Source: Candidatus Pacearchaeota archaeon
GTDB taxonomy: Archaea; Nanobdellota; Nanobdellia; Pacearchaeales; GW2011-AR1
Direction of reading: 5' to 3'
DNA: 52,514 bases
Assembly: GCA_050124795.1 (NCBI GenBank)
Contig: JASFEO010000007.1
Location: forward strand, 1 to 52,514
Positions 7,721 through 18,372 of the stretch are shown here, one piece after another. The notes beneath the pieces are model-generated. The model was given only the letters and a program-made list of their open reading frames with translations, was not told the origin of the DNA and did no database searches. How positions within the stretch are numbered: position 1 is the first letter of the stretch; each line of letters opens with the position of its first letter. Both the position numbers and the translations under genes were made by a program.

Positions 7721-8593
7721 ATGGAAAACAAAAAAAACTGGCATGACAAAAATTACAAATTACTACTTTTAATTCCTGCAGCAATTTTAATCATCTCCTT
7801 ATTTTATCTATTTAATTTTTACTCGCAAAATAATTCTTTTTTCTATAAAGACATAACCCTAACAGGCGGAACAACAGTAACAATTTATGACTCCATTGAC
7901 ACTTCAAAACTTGAAACTGATTTATCTTCTCAACTCGAGGACTTATCAACCAGAACAATTTATGACTTTGTCACAAAAGAACAAGAAGCAGTAATAATTG
8001 AAACTCGTTCTGACAGCGAAACTTCCAAAACAATTCTTGAAGATTACCTAAATTATGAATTAACAACTGAAAACTCAAGTTTTGAATTTACTGGTTCATC
8101 CCTGTCTGAAAGTTTTTTCAAACAATTAATGATTGCAATTTTAGTTGCATTTGCATTCATGGCAATAGTTGTCTTTGTAATTTTCAGAAATTTTGTCCCT
8201 TCAACTGCAGTTATTATTTCAGCATTTGCAGATATTGTAATGACACTTACCCTCGTGGATTTATTTGGAATTAAAATGTCAAGCGCAGGAATAGTTGCAT
8301 TTCTTATGCTTGTGGGTTATTCAGTTGACACAGATATTCTCCTGACAACAAGAATTTTAAAAAGGCAAAACTACACATTGAATAAAAGAATCTTCGGAGC
8401 ATTTAAAACAGGAATGACAATGACCCTGACTTCATTATTCGCTGTCCTCTTTGCATTATTTATTGTAAAATCTTTTTCACTTGTCCTCACTCAAATTTTC
8501 ACAATCCTCGTCATTGGTTTAAGTTTTGACATTCTCAATACATGGATAACAAACGTATCAATATTAAAATGGCATGTGGAGAAAAAAGAATGA
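7721..8593 (+). CDS. secF: protein translocase subunit SecF
   Basis: DITLTGGT, GYSVDTDILLTTR; six transmembrane segments. Confidence 0.95.
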   Translation: MENKKNWHDKNYKLLLLIPAAILIISLFYLFNFYSQNNSFFYKDITLTGGTTVTIYDSIDTSKLETDLSSQLEDLSTRTIYDFVTKEQEAVIIETRSDSETSKTILEDYLNYELTTENSSFEFTGSSLSESFFKQLMIAILVAFAFMAIVVFVIFRNFVPSTAVIISAFADIVMTLTLVDLFGIKMSSAGIVAFLMLVGYSVDTDILLTTRILKRQNYTLNKRIFGAFKTGMTMTLTSLFAVLFALFIVKSFSLVLTQIFTILVIGLSFDILNTWITNVSILKWHVEKKE

Positions 8594-8618
8594 AATTAAA
8601 TCTCATAGGAATTAAAAA

Positions 8619-10154
8619 ATGAAACTCGGCTGGAAACTTTGGCTTTTAATAATTGTATTATCTTTTTCACTTTTATCAATTTTTGTGTCATCAAACGGAA
8701 TAAACTTTTTAGAAAAAGGAGTAATGATCACAAGTGTAAAAACAAACACAAGTGCATTTGACTCCGGATTAAGAGAAGGACAAATCATTGTTTCTATCGA
8801 CGGAAAAACAATAGACAATCTCCAAGACTATGCAAATGCCTTAAAAGATAAATATCTAACCGAAGAAAATGTAAAAACAATTATAACAACAAAAGAATCA
8901 GAAATAATTTTATTTTCTTCAGTTGCTCCTGAGATTACAGTCTCAGAAATTCCAAAAACAAATATTAAAACAGGTCTTGATTTGTCAGGCGGGGCAAGGG
9001 CGCTGGTCAAGGCAGAAGGCAGGGACTTAACACAATCAGAATTAAATGACTTAGTTGACATAACTTCTAATCGCCTTAATGAATTTGGTTTAACTGATTT
9101 ATCAATCCGCCCTGTTTCAGATTTAGAGGGGAATAATTTTATGTTAATAGAAATCGCAGGAGCAACACCAGATGACTTAGAAGAATTAATTTCAAAGCAG
9201 GGAAAGTTTGAAGCAAAAATAAAAAATGAAACAGTCTTTATCGGAGGCGAGCGGGATATTACTTCCGTCGGCAGAAGCGGTCAGGAAGCTTATATTGAAA
9301 ATCCAGTGCAGGCAAATGACGGAACATATGTTTCAAACTTTAGATTTAGTGTTTACTTAAGTGAAGAAGCTGCAAAAAGACACGCAGAAATAACCAAAAA
9401 TTTATCAGTTAATTCAACCCCTCAAGGGAATTATTTATCTGAAAAACTTGACTTTTATATTGACGATATGTTCCTTGAAGGTCAGAGTCTACTTATCAGC
9501 GAAGGATTAAAAGGAAGAGTCACAACCCAAATTTCAATTTCAGGTTCAGGAACAGGTGCAACCAGAGACGAAGCAATAGAAAATGCAGAAGCTGACATGA
9601 AAAAACTGCAAACTATTTTAATCACAGGAAGCCTGCCATTTAAATTAGAAATAGTTAAACTTGATACAATCTCTCCAACTTTAGGTGAGGAATTTGTTCG
9701 CTCAATTTTATTAGCAGGCTTGGCAGCATTACTAGCAGCATCAATTGTTATTTTTATTCGTTACAGAAAAATAAAATCCTCAATTGCGATTATTGGAATA
9801 AGTATTTCTGAAATAATAATCATTTTGGGAATTGCCTCATTCATTGAATGGAATCTGGACTTGCCAAGTATTGCGGGAATCCTGGCAACAATCGGGACTG
9901 GTCTTGACGATTTAATAGTTGTTCTTGATGAAACAAAACAGGGTTCACACTTAAGCATAAAACAGAGGATCAAAAGAGCATTTGCAATAATCTTAGGAGC
10001 ATACTTTACTTCATTAGTTTCTTTGTTCCCCCTATTATGGGCAGGCGCAGGATTATTAAAAGGATTCGCAGTCACAACAATAATCGGAATTAGCGTTGGG
10101 GTTTTAATTACTCGTCCTGCATTTGCAGAAATTGTGAAAAAGTTTGAAGAATAA
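8619..10154 (+). CDS. secD: protein translocase subunit SecD (with PDZ-like insert)
   Basis: GLDLSGGAR, ISPTLG, IGTGLDD..DE, LKGFAVTT. Confidence 0.95.
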   Translation: MKLGWKLWLLIIVLSFSLLSIFVSSNGINFLEKGVMITSVKTNTSAFDSGLREGQIIVSIDGKTIDNLQDYANALKDKYLTEENVKTIITTKESEIILFSSVAPEITVSEIPKTNIKTGLDLSGGARALVKAEGRDLTQSELNDLVDITSNRLNEFGLTDLSIRPVSDLEGNNFMLIEIAGATPDDLEELISKQGKFEAKIKNETVFIGGERDITSVGRSGQEAYIENPVQANDGTYVSNFRFSVYLSEEAAKRHAEITKNLSVNSTPQGNYLSEKLDFYIDDMFLEGQSLLISEGLKGRVTTQISISGSGTGATRDEAIENAEADMKKLQTILITGSLPFKLEIVKLDTISPTLGEEFVRSILLAGLAALLAASIVIFIRYRKIKSSIAIIGISISEIIIILGIASFIEWNLDLPSIAGILATIGTGLDDLIVVLDETKQGSHLSIKQRIKRAFAIILGAYFTSLVSLFPLLWAGAGLLKGFAVTTIIGISVGVLITRPAFAEIVKKFEE

Positions 10155-10199
10155 ATTTTCCTAAGTAAGCCTTAAAAACCAATTTTCTTTTTAAATTAA

Positions 10200-10667
10200 A
10201 TGTATATTAAACACCATGTAATGCTCGGAATTTTATTCTCAGGAATCTGCTTTATTCTTTTTCCAAGAATTGGTTTGGTTTCAGCAGGAATTATTTTTTT
10301 GTCCTCAGTCTTAATTGATTTTGATCATTATTCTTTTTATGTTATAAAGAAAAAAGATATCAGTTTAAAAAATGCTCACAAATGGTTTATGAAAAATGTG
10401 CAAATAATACATTCTTTTCCAAGGCAAAAAAGAAATAAAATTTATTGCGGATTTTATTTTCTGCATGGTATTGAGGTTTTGGTAATCTTGCTTTTCTTAA
10501 CAATTTTCTCAAAATATTTTTTCTTTATTTTCATTGGATTTTCTTTTCATCTACTTTTGGATTTTTTTGCAGAATCTTTTTGGATCGATCGGTTTGACAA
10601 ATTTTCGATAATAAATGATTTTTTCAAATTTAAAAAATTGGGGTCTATTGATGATGTCAAAGATTAA
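10200..10667 (+). CDS. membrane metal-dependent hydrolase-like protein (YdjM-like)
   Basis: HH, DFDH, LHGIE and HLLLD motifs. Confidence 0.7.
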   Translation: MYIKHHVMLGILFSGICFILFPRIGLVSAGIIFLSSVLIDFDHYSFYVIKKKDISLKNAHKWFMKNVQIIHSFPRQKRNKIYCGFYFLHGIEVLVILLFLTIFSKYFFFIFIGFSFHLLLDFFAESFWIDRFDKFSIINDFFKFKKLGSIDDVKD

Positions 10668-12195
10668 TGAAGGGGATGAAATTAACAAGGGATTAAAATT
10701 ATTAGTCAAATCCTCTTTTGTAGTTTTTATTGGTTTATTTTTATCTAAGATATTAACTTACATATATAGAATTCTAATTGCAAGGCAATTTGGTCCAGAG
10801 GTTTATGGATTATTTTCTTTGGCGCTTGTAGTAGTTGGATGGTTTATTGCAATCTTCTCTTTTGGGATTGTCGACGGGATTTTAAGATATTTCCCTCACT
10901 ATCGGGGGGGAAAAGAATTAGGAAAAATTAGCTATGTATCAGGGCTTTCAATGAAGATACTTTTATTTTCTGGGATTTTTTCAGGAATCCTCCTTTTTTA
11001 TTTTTCTTCTTTAATTTCAATGAATATCTTTCATAATCCTTCACTAGAAATTTTTCTAAAGATATTTGCAATTTTGATTCCGTTTTGGATATTTAGCAAT
11101 TTTTTTATATCTATTTTAAGAGCATATGAAGAAATTGGTTTATATTCTTTTATTATAAATATCCTCCAAAATATTGCTAAAGTCTTTTTTTTAATATTCT
11201 TCATTTTCCTTTACTTCAATTCTAATGCAGTTATTTTTTCACATTTTCTAGGAATTTTTTTAATTTTTGTAGTTTCGTTATTTGTTTGTAAAAAAAAGTT
11301 TCCAGAAATTTTTTCTTCGCATAAAATTAGTAAAAATGAAAAGCTAAGAGTAAGAAAGTCCTTTTTATCGTACTCACTTCCACTGATGTTTACAGGAATA
11401 ATCTCGAGTCTGTTTTATTGGATAGATTCTTTTTGTATCGGTTATTTTAAGGATGCAACCCAAGTGGGATTTTACAATGCTGCAGTCCCAATTGTACTCT
11501 TGATGATGTTTGTACCCGAATTATTCACCCAGTTATTCTTTCCATTGATAAATAGGGAATTCGCATCCAGAAATATTGAAACTGTCAAGCAATTGAGTAA
11601 ACAGGTTGGAAAATGGATATTTATCTTTAATCTTCCATTATTATTTATTTTCATCCTTTTTCCGGGAGCGATAATCAATGTTCTATTTGATTCTGAATAT
11701 CTTATTGCAGGGAACGCCCTGAGAATCCTCTCGATTGGCTATTTCTTCTCAAGCCTTTTTTATTTGTCAAATAATCTTCTTGCGATGACTGGGAGATCCA
11801 AATTGCTTTTAATTGATTTGGCAATCACAACTATCCTTAATCTTATCTTAAATATATTCTTGGTTCCGAGATTGGGTATTGATGGAGCTGCAATTTCAAC
11901 AACAATTGTTTGGGTATTATTATCTTTCTCCTGGTTTTTCCAGTCAAGATATTTCACAAAAATAATTCCTTTAAGAAGAAAAATGGTTAAAATCTTTTTT
12001 GTTTCCCTAGTACCCTTATTTTTACTCATTTTTTTAAAACAGATTGTAGAAATAAATCTTTTATCAATGGCACTCTTGGGATCTTTATTTATACTGACTT
12101 ATGTACTTTTAATTTTTATTACTGGATGCTTAGACAGAAATGATACTATGATTTTAAAAAGTTTAAAAGAAAAATTAAATCTTAAATTTAGTTAA
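10651..12195 (+). CDS. Wzx/MOP-family polysaccharide flippase
   Basis: ~14 transmembrane segments; ARQFGPEVYG, ID...IGYF...VGFYNAA, GIDGAAI; start moved to 10651. Confidence 0.92.
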   Translation: MMSKINEGDEINKGLKLLVKSSFVVFIGLFLSKILTYIYRILIARQFGPEVYGLFSLALVVVGWFIAIFSFGIVDGILRYFPHYRGGKELGKISYVSGLSMKILLFSGIFSGILLFYFSSLISMNIFHNPSLEIFLKIFAILIPFWIFSNFFISILRAYEEIGLYSFIINILQNIAKVFFLIFFIFLYFNSNAVIFSHFLGIFLIFVVSLFVCKKKFPEIFSSHKISKNEKLRVRKSFLSYSLPLMFTGIISSLFYWIDSFCIGYFKDATQVGFYNAAVPIVLLMMFVPELFTQLFFPLINREFASRNIETVKQLSKQVGKWIFIFNLPLLFIFILFPGAIINVLFDSEYLIAGNALRILSIGYFFSSLFYLSNNLLAMTGRSKLLLIDLAITTILNLILNIFLVPRLGIDGAAISTTIVWVLLSFSWFFQSRYFTKIIPLRRKMVKIFFVSLVPLFLLIFLKQIVEINLLSMALLGSLFILTYVLLIFITGCLDRNDTMILKSLKEKLNLKFS

Positions 12196-13153
12196 TTCCT
12201 GCTCTGACAAGGTCGTGTATTCTGATTATTCCTATTGCTCTTTTGTGATTATCCACAACTGGTAAAACAGGGATCTGGCTTTCTCTGTCTTCCATAACAT
12301 GAAGAGCTTCTGTCCCCAGTTTATCTTTATGGATGTGTATTGGGTTCTTAGTCATAATTTCAAAAACTTTTTTGTTGAAGATATTCTCATCTAATTTGGG
12401 CAGCAGTCTTCTTAGGTCTCCGTCAGTAATTATTCCTACCAAAATTCCTTCTGAGTCAATCACATTAACTGCGCCCATCCTCCTTGAACTAATTTCAAGG
12501 ATAGCATCCCTTACTAGTGAATTCTCATTTATCAAAGGGTTTTCTTTTTCTTTATGCATTATATCCTCCACTCTTAATGAAAGTTTTTTGCCAAGACTTC
12601 CTCCAGGATGTAAAAGCGCAAACTCTTCAGGTCGTAAATTTCTTTTTTTAAGTAGGCACATCGCAAGTGCATCACCCATCGATAAAGTTAACGTTGTTGA
12701 CGTTGTCGGAGCAAGACCCAATTCTCCTGCTTCCTTTTTATGATCTATTCTTAACATTACATCTGAAAGTTTTGCTAGTTCTGAAATTTCATTCTTTGTT
12801 ATGGAAATAACTTTAATTCCTTTTCTTTTTAAAAAAGGAATCAGATTGACTACTTCCGCAGTGCTACCGCTGTTTGAAATAGCAATTACAATATCTTCAT
12901 TATTTATCATCCCAATATCTCCATGCAGGGCTTCAGTCGAATGAATAAAAAAAGAAGGGGTTCCAGTGGAAGCAAATGTCGCAGCAATCTTCTTTCCTAT
13001 AAGTCCGGACTTTCCTAATCCTGTGATTATAACTTTTCCCCTGCAATTGTAGATGAGTTCAACAGCCTTTACAAAATTATCATCAAGCCCCGTCGCCAAA
13101 TCCCTTAATGAGTCCGATATTTCCAGTAAAATTTTTTTCCCTTCATCCATCAT
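12188..13153 (-). CDS. kdsD: arabinose-5-phosphate isomerase (KpsF/GutQ: SIS + 2 CBS)
   Basis: TGLGKSGLIGKKIAATFASTGTP, EALHGD, APTTST, HPGGSLG, TDGDLRR. Confidence 0.95.
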   Translation of the reverse strand: MMDEGKKILLEISDSLRDLATGLDDNFVKAVELIYNCRGKVIITGLGKSGLIGKKIAATFASTGTPSFFIHSTEALHGDIGMINNEDIVIAISNSGSTAEVVNLIPFLKRKGIKVISITKNEISELAKLSDVMLRIDHKKEAGELGLAPTTSTTLTLSMGDALAMCLLKKRNLRPEEFALLHPGGSLGKKLSLRVEDIMHKEKENPLINENSLVRDAILEISSRRMGAVNVIDSEGILVGIITDGDLRRLLPKLDENIFNKKVFEIMTKNPIHIHKDKLGTEALHVMEDRESQIPVLPVVDNHKRAIGIIRIHDLVRAGIN

Positions 13154-13967
13154 TTTTTATTATCTCGTCTATTTTTTTAACTTTTATTAAAAGGTTTCTT
13201 AGGTCTTTTAATTTTATCATATTCGGCCCGTCGCATAATGCTTTATCAGGGTTATCATGAACTTCCAAAAATAATGATGCTATTCCTGTTGATGTTGCTG
13301 CCAGACTTAATGGTTCAACAAATTCTCTCTGGCCTCCTGAAGTTGCCCCTTTCCCCCCCGGCAACTGTACAGAGTGGGTTCCATCAAAAACAACTGGATA
13401 GCCAAATCTCTTTATAATAACAAGTGAACGCATATCAGAGACTAAATTATTATACCCAAAACTAACACCTCTTTCAGTAATCATTATTTTGTCATTTCCT
13501 GTATTTTTTATTTTTCCAATAATATTCTCAACATCCCATGGTGCTAAAAATTGCCCTTTTTTTACATTTATTATTTTTCCTGTTTTTGCTGCTTCAACAA
13601 TTAAATCAGTCTGCCTAGATAAAAACGCAGGAATCTGCATAACATCAACAACCTCTGCAATCTCTTTTGCTTCTTCAATTGAATGAACATCTGTTAAGAT
13701 TGGCAAACCTGTTTCATGTTTTATTTTTTTAAAAATTTGAATTCCTTTATCAACTCCTGGCCCTCTGTAAGAATCAATCGAACTTCTATTTGCCTTGTCA
13801 TAAGAAGTCTTAAAAATTAAATTGATGTTTAATTCATTTGCAATCTTTTTTAATTCTCTTGCCATAAAAAGAACATGTTCTTCACTTTCAATAACACATG
13901 GACCAGCAATTAGGACAACAGGAGAATAATTAGAAATATAAAAATCTTTCAACTTAATTTTTTTCAT
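13143..13967 (-). CDS. kdsA: KDO-8-phosphate synthase, metal-dependent type
   Basis: AGPCVIES, KANRSS, PAFLSRQTDL, KKGQF, DGTHSVQ, CDGP; start moved to 13967. Confidence 0.96.
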   Translation of the reverse strand: MKKIKLKDFYISNYSPVVLIAGPCVIESEEHVLFMARELKKIANELNINLIFKTSYDKANRSSIDSYRGPGVDKGIQIFKKIKHETGLPILTDVHSIEEAKEIAEVVDVMQIPAFLSRQTDLIVEAAKTGKIINVKKGQFLAPWDVENIIGKIKNTGNDKIMITERGVSFGYNNLVSDMRSLVIIKRFGYPVVFDGTHSVQLPGGKGATSGGQREFVEPLSLAATSTGIASLFLEVHDNPDKALCDGPNMIKLKDLRNLLIKVKKIDEIIKNDG

Positions 13968-14030
13968 AATCAAGAATCTTTTTTTTAGTATAAAAGCTTT
14001 GTTGAGGTTTGATATATTCATTAAGGATAA

Positions 14031-15197
14031 TTAGATTAATTCCTCTGAACCTATTGAATAAGTTGGTTCAGGATAAATGTATTTTGAAATTGTGTAATTA
14101 GTAATCCAACCGGAGGTACAACTCGAAGGGGAAGAAGAATCAAACCCAATTAGCATATAACTCACATTAAATCCGATTGTTCCATCCCCTACGATAACCG
14201 ATTGTGTTGCATCTAAAGTCTGTCTTGCTTGGTCAAGATAATATCTGGCATTAAAATTTGTTCCTAATTTATCCAGTTCTACATAAACTGTTTGATTTTC
14301 TGTTAGTATATAGGAATCATTATAAGTCGATGTCGAAGTAACTTCACGAATAACATTGTTTGTTGAATGTTGCCCTCCTGTAAGGATATTCGGAGTTCCT
14401 GACCAAATGTCTGCGTGGTTATCTGCGTATCCAAAGTATACTGCCGCATCATCCTTTGTTATGTTGTAAACTGCAGACATTGAGAAATTTGATAAACTTT
14501 CTGTTTCTTTCCTAACTGCTTCTCCGCCACCATTTCTGCATAAATTTGCAAACTCAACTCTTTTTGAGGATGTGTTAAGTGTGACTGTATTGTTGTCATC
14601 AACTTCAGTCCACTCACTAAAGTCACTCCCATCTTCCCCAACTATATGCGCTTTTGCAATATCTTGTGTTGTGGTTGCAGAAGGATTTCCATAATAAACA
14701 TAAACGCAGTTATCTGAACTGCTTGGTATTAGGTTATCCTCAATTCTTACATGAACTCTTGCCTCTGTTGAATTAGCAAAGTAAATCCAATATCCATATT
14801 CTGAATTCTCAGAGCAATTAAGAAATCTTAAGTCAGAATAATCTGCATTCATGCTTGAGTTATAAGGTATTATTAAATCAATTGTGTAATTATTAATTGA
14901 ACTTCCCGAATTTTCTGTAATATTGATTCTCATTTTTTTATTCCAATCCGACCAAGGATTAATTTCCTTTATAATAACCAACAACCCACTCTCAAAAGTT
15001 AAATTATAATCTTGTCCATTTTTATCAGTCAAGGTTATGCTAAAGTCTTGTCCTTCTTCTCCACCCCCTGTATAATAATTATCAACTTGAATGCTTGAAC
15101 CTGGAGAAATTGAACCATAAACAGCAATAGTTCCGAAGATTAAAAAAAGTGAAATCATAAAAAAGATTTTATTTGTAAGCAGTTTTTCACCCCTCAT
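14031..15197 (-). CDS. secreted DUF2341-like surface glycoprotein
   Basis: Signal peptide; MNADYSDLRF, YVYYGNP; many N-x-S/T sequons; C-terminal PEPTYSIGSEE. Confidence 0.8.
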   Translation of the reverse strand: MRGEKLLTNKIFFMISLFLIFGTIAVYGSISPGSSIQVDNYYTGGGEEGQDFSITLTDKNGQDYNLTFESGLLVIIKEINPWSDWNKKMRINITENSGSSINNYTIDLIIPYNSSMNADYSDLRFLNCSENSEYGYWIYFANSTEARVHVRIEDNLIPSSSDNCVYVYYGNPSATTTQDIAKAHIVGEDGSDFSEWTEVDDNNTVTLNTSSKRVEFANLCRNGGGEAVRKETESLSNFSMSAVYNITKDDAAVYFGYADNHADIWSGTPNILTGGQHSTNNVIREVTSTSTYNDSYILTENQTVYVELDKLGTNFNARYYLDQARQTLDATQSVIVGDGTIGFNVSYMLIGFDSSSPSSCTSGWITNYTISKYIYPEPTYSIGSEELI

Positions 15198-15238
15198 AAC
15201 AAGTGAAATATATAATTGTTTATAAATCTTTTTCCTTG

Positions 15239-16816
15239 TCATCTAATCAATTCTTTTTTTTCTAATCTTTTTTTTCTATATATTTTTCTTAGTGGGTAAT
15301 AAAGCTCAAAAATTTTTAATAAGTCATAAAAAGAATATTTTACTCTCTCAGAGAAATCAATTAAATAAAGTAATCTCCAAGGGTCTATTTTATTATTGTA
15401 CAATTTTTTTATTATTGAAGGTCTAATTCCAAGGTGAGTATAGACGAGAATTAATGACTTATATAAATCCCGTTTTTCTTTAACTTTTATATCAACAGAA
15501 AATCCATCCCCAATCATTGCTTCTCCCTCGATATCTTTCTCACTAATTAGGCCTCTACCTAAAAGTTTTTTTGTTAAATCTGTTCCTGGAAAATGAATCG
15601 CTGAAAAAAGATTCAATTCAAAAGGCCTTTTTAATTTTAAAATTAAGTTTAATAATTCTTCTTTATCATTCTCTGTTTCACCAGGGATATCTACCACAAA
15701 ATCATACTTTGGTTTTACTCCATATTTATGTAAGATTCTATCTGCCTTAAATATTTGTTTATCTGGAGTGAATCTATTAAAAAGATTTTCTCTTACTCCC
15801 TTCCAATGTTGTATCCCTACACTCGCCCCAATCAACCCTGCTTTACTTAATGCAGAAATATTTTCTTCATTTATTGAATTTGGAAAAGCTTCAACTACAA
15901 AAGGGAGATTTATCTCTTTTCTATATCTTTTTGAAAATTTTTTTATCCATTCAATATCAGTAAGAAACAAATCATCAAGGAAGATTATTGCATCAACTCT
16001 TTTCCTATATTTTATAATCTCTTTTAATTCCTCTATTACTTTATTCACACTTTTTCTTCTAAGAAAAGGTCCGCAGCCTTTGTAAAGTTTTCTGAATATA
16101 TTGTTGCTGCAAAAGTCGCAGGTAAATGGGCACCCTCTTGAAGTCATGTATGTTAGGTGAGGATTTATGTTCATGGGGTCAAAATTCCCAACACCTTTAT
16201 TGTTAATTTTATACCTTTCATCAGAAATGTAATCCATTCTTTCTTGTTTGGAACAAGTGAAGTCAATTATATATTTCTCTTTATTAGAATAGTCTAAATT
16301 GGGCATTTTTTCAACATTAACCAATTTACCTCTTTTGTTTTTTACAACTTTTCCCTTTCTTTTATACCAAAGATTTTCTATTTTATTCAAAGGTTCTCCT
16401 TTTGATAGTTGATACAGGGTATTTTCTCCTTCTCCAATGCAAACATAATCCGCAGTTTTGATACACTCTTCAGGATTGACTATTGCATGAGAACCTCCCC
16501 AGATAACTTTTGTTCCCAATTCTTTCTGAATTTTTTCTGTTATCTGTTTTGCAACCTTGTACAATGTAGATACAACTGAGATTCCCACTAAATCCGATCC
16601 CTTTACAAGTTCAACCAATTCATCCATTTCCTTATCTAATGGTTTTTTAAATCCACAAATTATTTGTCTAAAAGAATACCAATGAATCCAGTCTTTAAAG
16701 AATATAAGTTTTACCTCTACCTTTTTGCTTTTTAGAAAGGCGTGAACTTGTCTCAATCCTAAATCATCGTACCCATAAGGAGAAATTAAGGTCACTAACT
16801 TTTTCTTTTTCGCCAT
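15239..16816 (-). CDS. B12-binding radical SAM protein
   Basis: WGGSHA..P, GEGE, SRGCPFTCDFC, DDLF, FPGT. Confidence 0.92.
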   Translation of the reverse strand: MAKKKKLVTLISPYGYDDLGLRQVHAFLKSKKVEVKLIFFKDWIHWYSFRQIICGFKKPLDKEMDELVELVKGSDLVGISVVSTLYKVAKQITEKIQKELGTKVIWGGSHAIVNPEECIKTADYVCIGEGENTLYQLSKGEPLNKIENLWYKRKGKVVKNKRGKLVNVEKMPNLDYSNKEKYIIDFTCSKQERMDYISDERYKINNKGVGNFDPMNINPHLTYMTSRGCPFTCDFCSNNIFRKLYKGCGPFLRRKSVNKVIEELKEIIKYRKRVDAIIFLDDLFLTDIEWIKKFSKRYRKEINLPFVVEAFPNSINEENISALSKAGLIGASVGIQHWKGVRENLFNRFTPDKQIFKADRILHKYGVKPKYDFVVDIPGETENDKEELLNLILKLKRPFELNLFSAIHFPGTDLTKKLLGRGLISEKDIEGEAMIGDGFSVDIKVKEKRDLYKSLILVYTHLGIRPSIIKKLYNNKIDPWRLLYLIDFSERVKYSFYDLLKIFELYYPLRKIYRKKRLEKKELIR

Positions 16817-16918
16817 ATAAATCTCTCAACATCACTCTTTTTAAAATCTTCTGTGATTAAAAGCATTGATAATCTTTTATACGCAATATTTAAAAAACTA
16901 CAATTTGCTTACTTCTAC

Positions 16919-17656
16919 ATGACCGCATTTGCAAATAACTTTAATTTAGGAGATGCCCAATACTGGATGGGAATAACCAGAGAATTTGAATCTTTTATTC
17001 CTAAGAACGAACCCTTGAAAGAAATAATTCATAAAACCCCTTTTGGAGAAACAAATGTTTCAAATGTTTTTGCGCTTTGTTCTACAGAACGAGACACACT
17101 CTCAAGAACAGGACTTCTGCCAATAGTATTTAATCTTCCTGAAAACAATAAATATCAATTAAAAGAATTTAAATCAGAAGAAGAGTTTGTTTTTACACTA
17201 AAAGAATTTCATAAAATTATGCACTATCATTACTTAATCGCAAATAAAATTAAATTAAAAGGCGCTCATGGACAAGACTTTCCAGAAGAGTGCTGTTATC
17301 CCTCAAGCATTAACATAGCCTTTTCTGCTTTCAGAAGAGGGCATCTTTATACAATGCTTTTTGGAACAGATGACAGAAAACACGTTTATGTTGGGTTCCC
17401 CTTTAGATTAAAGAAGTTAGAAGGAATTGCTTTGTTTGACCCAACTTCAGACCAATATTCAACAAAAGATTTTAATGTTCCAAAGAATATGGTTTTTTTG
17501 GAGAAAAAAGGAGGGAATTTTAATCCTGGTTACAAAAATCTTTCTCCTGGGATTTACCTCACCTCTGACCACCTGAAATCAAGTCTTAGATATAATGAAT
17601 GGATGTTTGGAAGGGATGCAAAGGGATTTTTAGAAAAAACTTTTGCAACCGCCTAA
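16919..17656 (+). CDS. hypothetical protein, possible papain/transglutaminase-like Cys-His-Asp fold
   Basis: FPEECCYPSS...KHVYV...FDPTSDQY; ATG 16919 has a TATA upstream. Confidence 0.55.
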   Translation: MTAFANNFNLGDAQYWMGITREFESFIPKNEPLKEIIHKTPFGETNVSNVFALCSTERDTLSRTGLLPIVFNLPENNKYQLKEFKSEEEFVFTLKEFHKIMHYHYLIANKIKLKGAHGQDFPEECCYPSSINIAFSAFRRGHLYTMLFGTDDRKHVYVGFPFRLKKLEGIALFDPTSDQYSTKDFNVPKNMVFLEKKGGNFNPGYKNLSPGIYLTSDHLKSSLRYNEWMFGRDAKGFLEKTFATA

Positions 17657-18372
17657 TTTCTTTTCATAATCTCCCTAACTCTTTCTAAGTCTTCAGGAAT
17701 GTCAACACCAATTGATTCATTTTTTGTTTCAACTACTTTTATCTTAAAACCATTTTCAAGAGCTCTTAATTGTTCAAGTGATTCAGCCTTTTCCAATGTT
17801 GTCTGTCCCATCTTTGAAAATTTTAATAAAAAATCTTTTCTATAAGAATACAACCCAATATGCTTGTAAGTTTTACCCTCGTTTCTTTTGAAAGGAATTT
17901 CTGACCTTGAAAAATATAATGCAAAACCTTCTTTATCTGTGACAACCTTTACATTGTTTTTGTCTTTTATATCCCCCTTATTTTTTAATTCAATTTTTAA
18001 TGTTGACATGGCAATCCTTGAATCTTTTATCATTGGTTTTACTGCCAAGTCAATATCTTTTGGATTAATTAAAGGTTCATCTCCTTGGATATTAACGATA
18101 ATTTCTGCATCAATTTTTTTTGCAACTTCAGAAATTCTATCTGTTCCTGTTTTGTGTTTTTTTGAAGTCATTATAATCTCCATTCCTAATTTTTTTGCAA
18201 TATCAAAAACTTTTTTTTCATCTGTAGCAATAATTACTCTTGTAAGAAGCTTGCTTTTCTTTGCCTGATTATAAACATGCCATATCATTGGCTTTCCATT
18301 TATTTCTTCTAAGACTTTCCCAGAGAACCTTGTAGAAGAATATCTTCCAGGGATTATTCCAACGATGTTCAT
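17653..18372 (-). CDS. kdsB: CMP-Kdo synthetase
   Basis: IPGRYSSTRF.GK, TGTDR, NIQGDEP, ALYFSR, HIGLY, ESLEQLR. Confidence 0.96.
   Translation of the reverse strand: MNIVGIIPGRYSSTRFSGKVLEEINGKPMIWHVYNQAKKSKLLTRVIIATDEKKVFDIAKKLGMEIIMTSKKHKTGTDRISEVAKKIDAEIIVNIQGDEPLINPKDIDLAVKPMIKDSRIAMSTLKIELKNKGDIKDKNNVKVVTDKEGFALYFSRSEIPFKRNEGKTYKHIGLYSYRKDFLLKFSKMGQTTLEKAESLEQLRALENGFKIKVVETKNESIGVDIPEDLERVREIMKRN

Noticed and set aside
13143-13967. DAHP synthase instead of KdsA
   Set aside because: It has KANRS rather than KPR(T/S), and kdsD and kdsB are nearby
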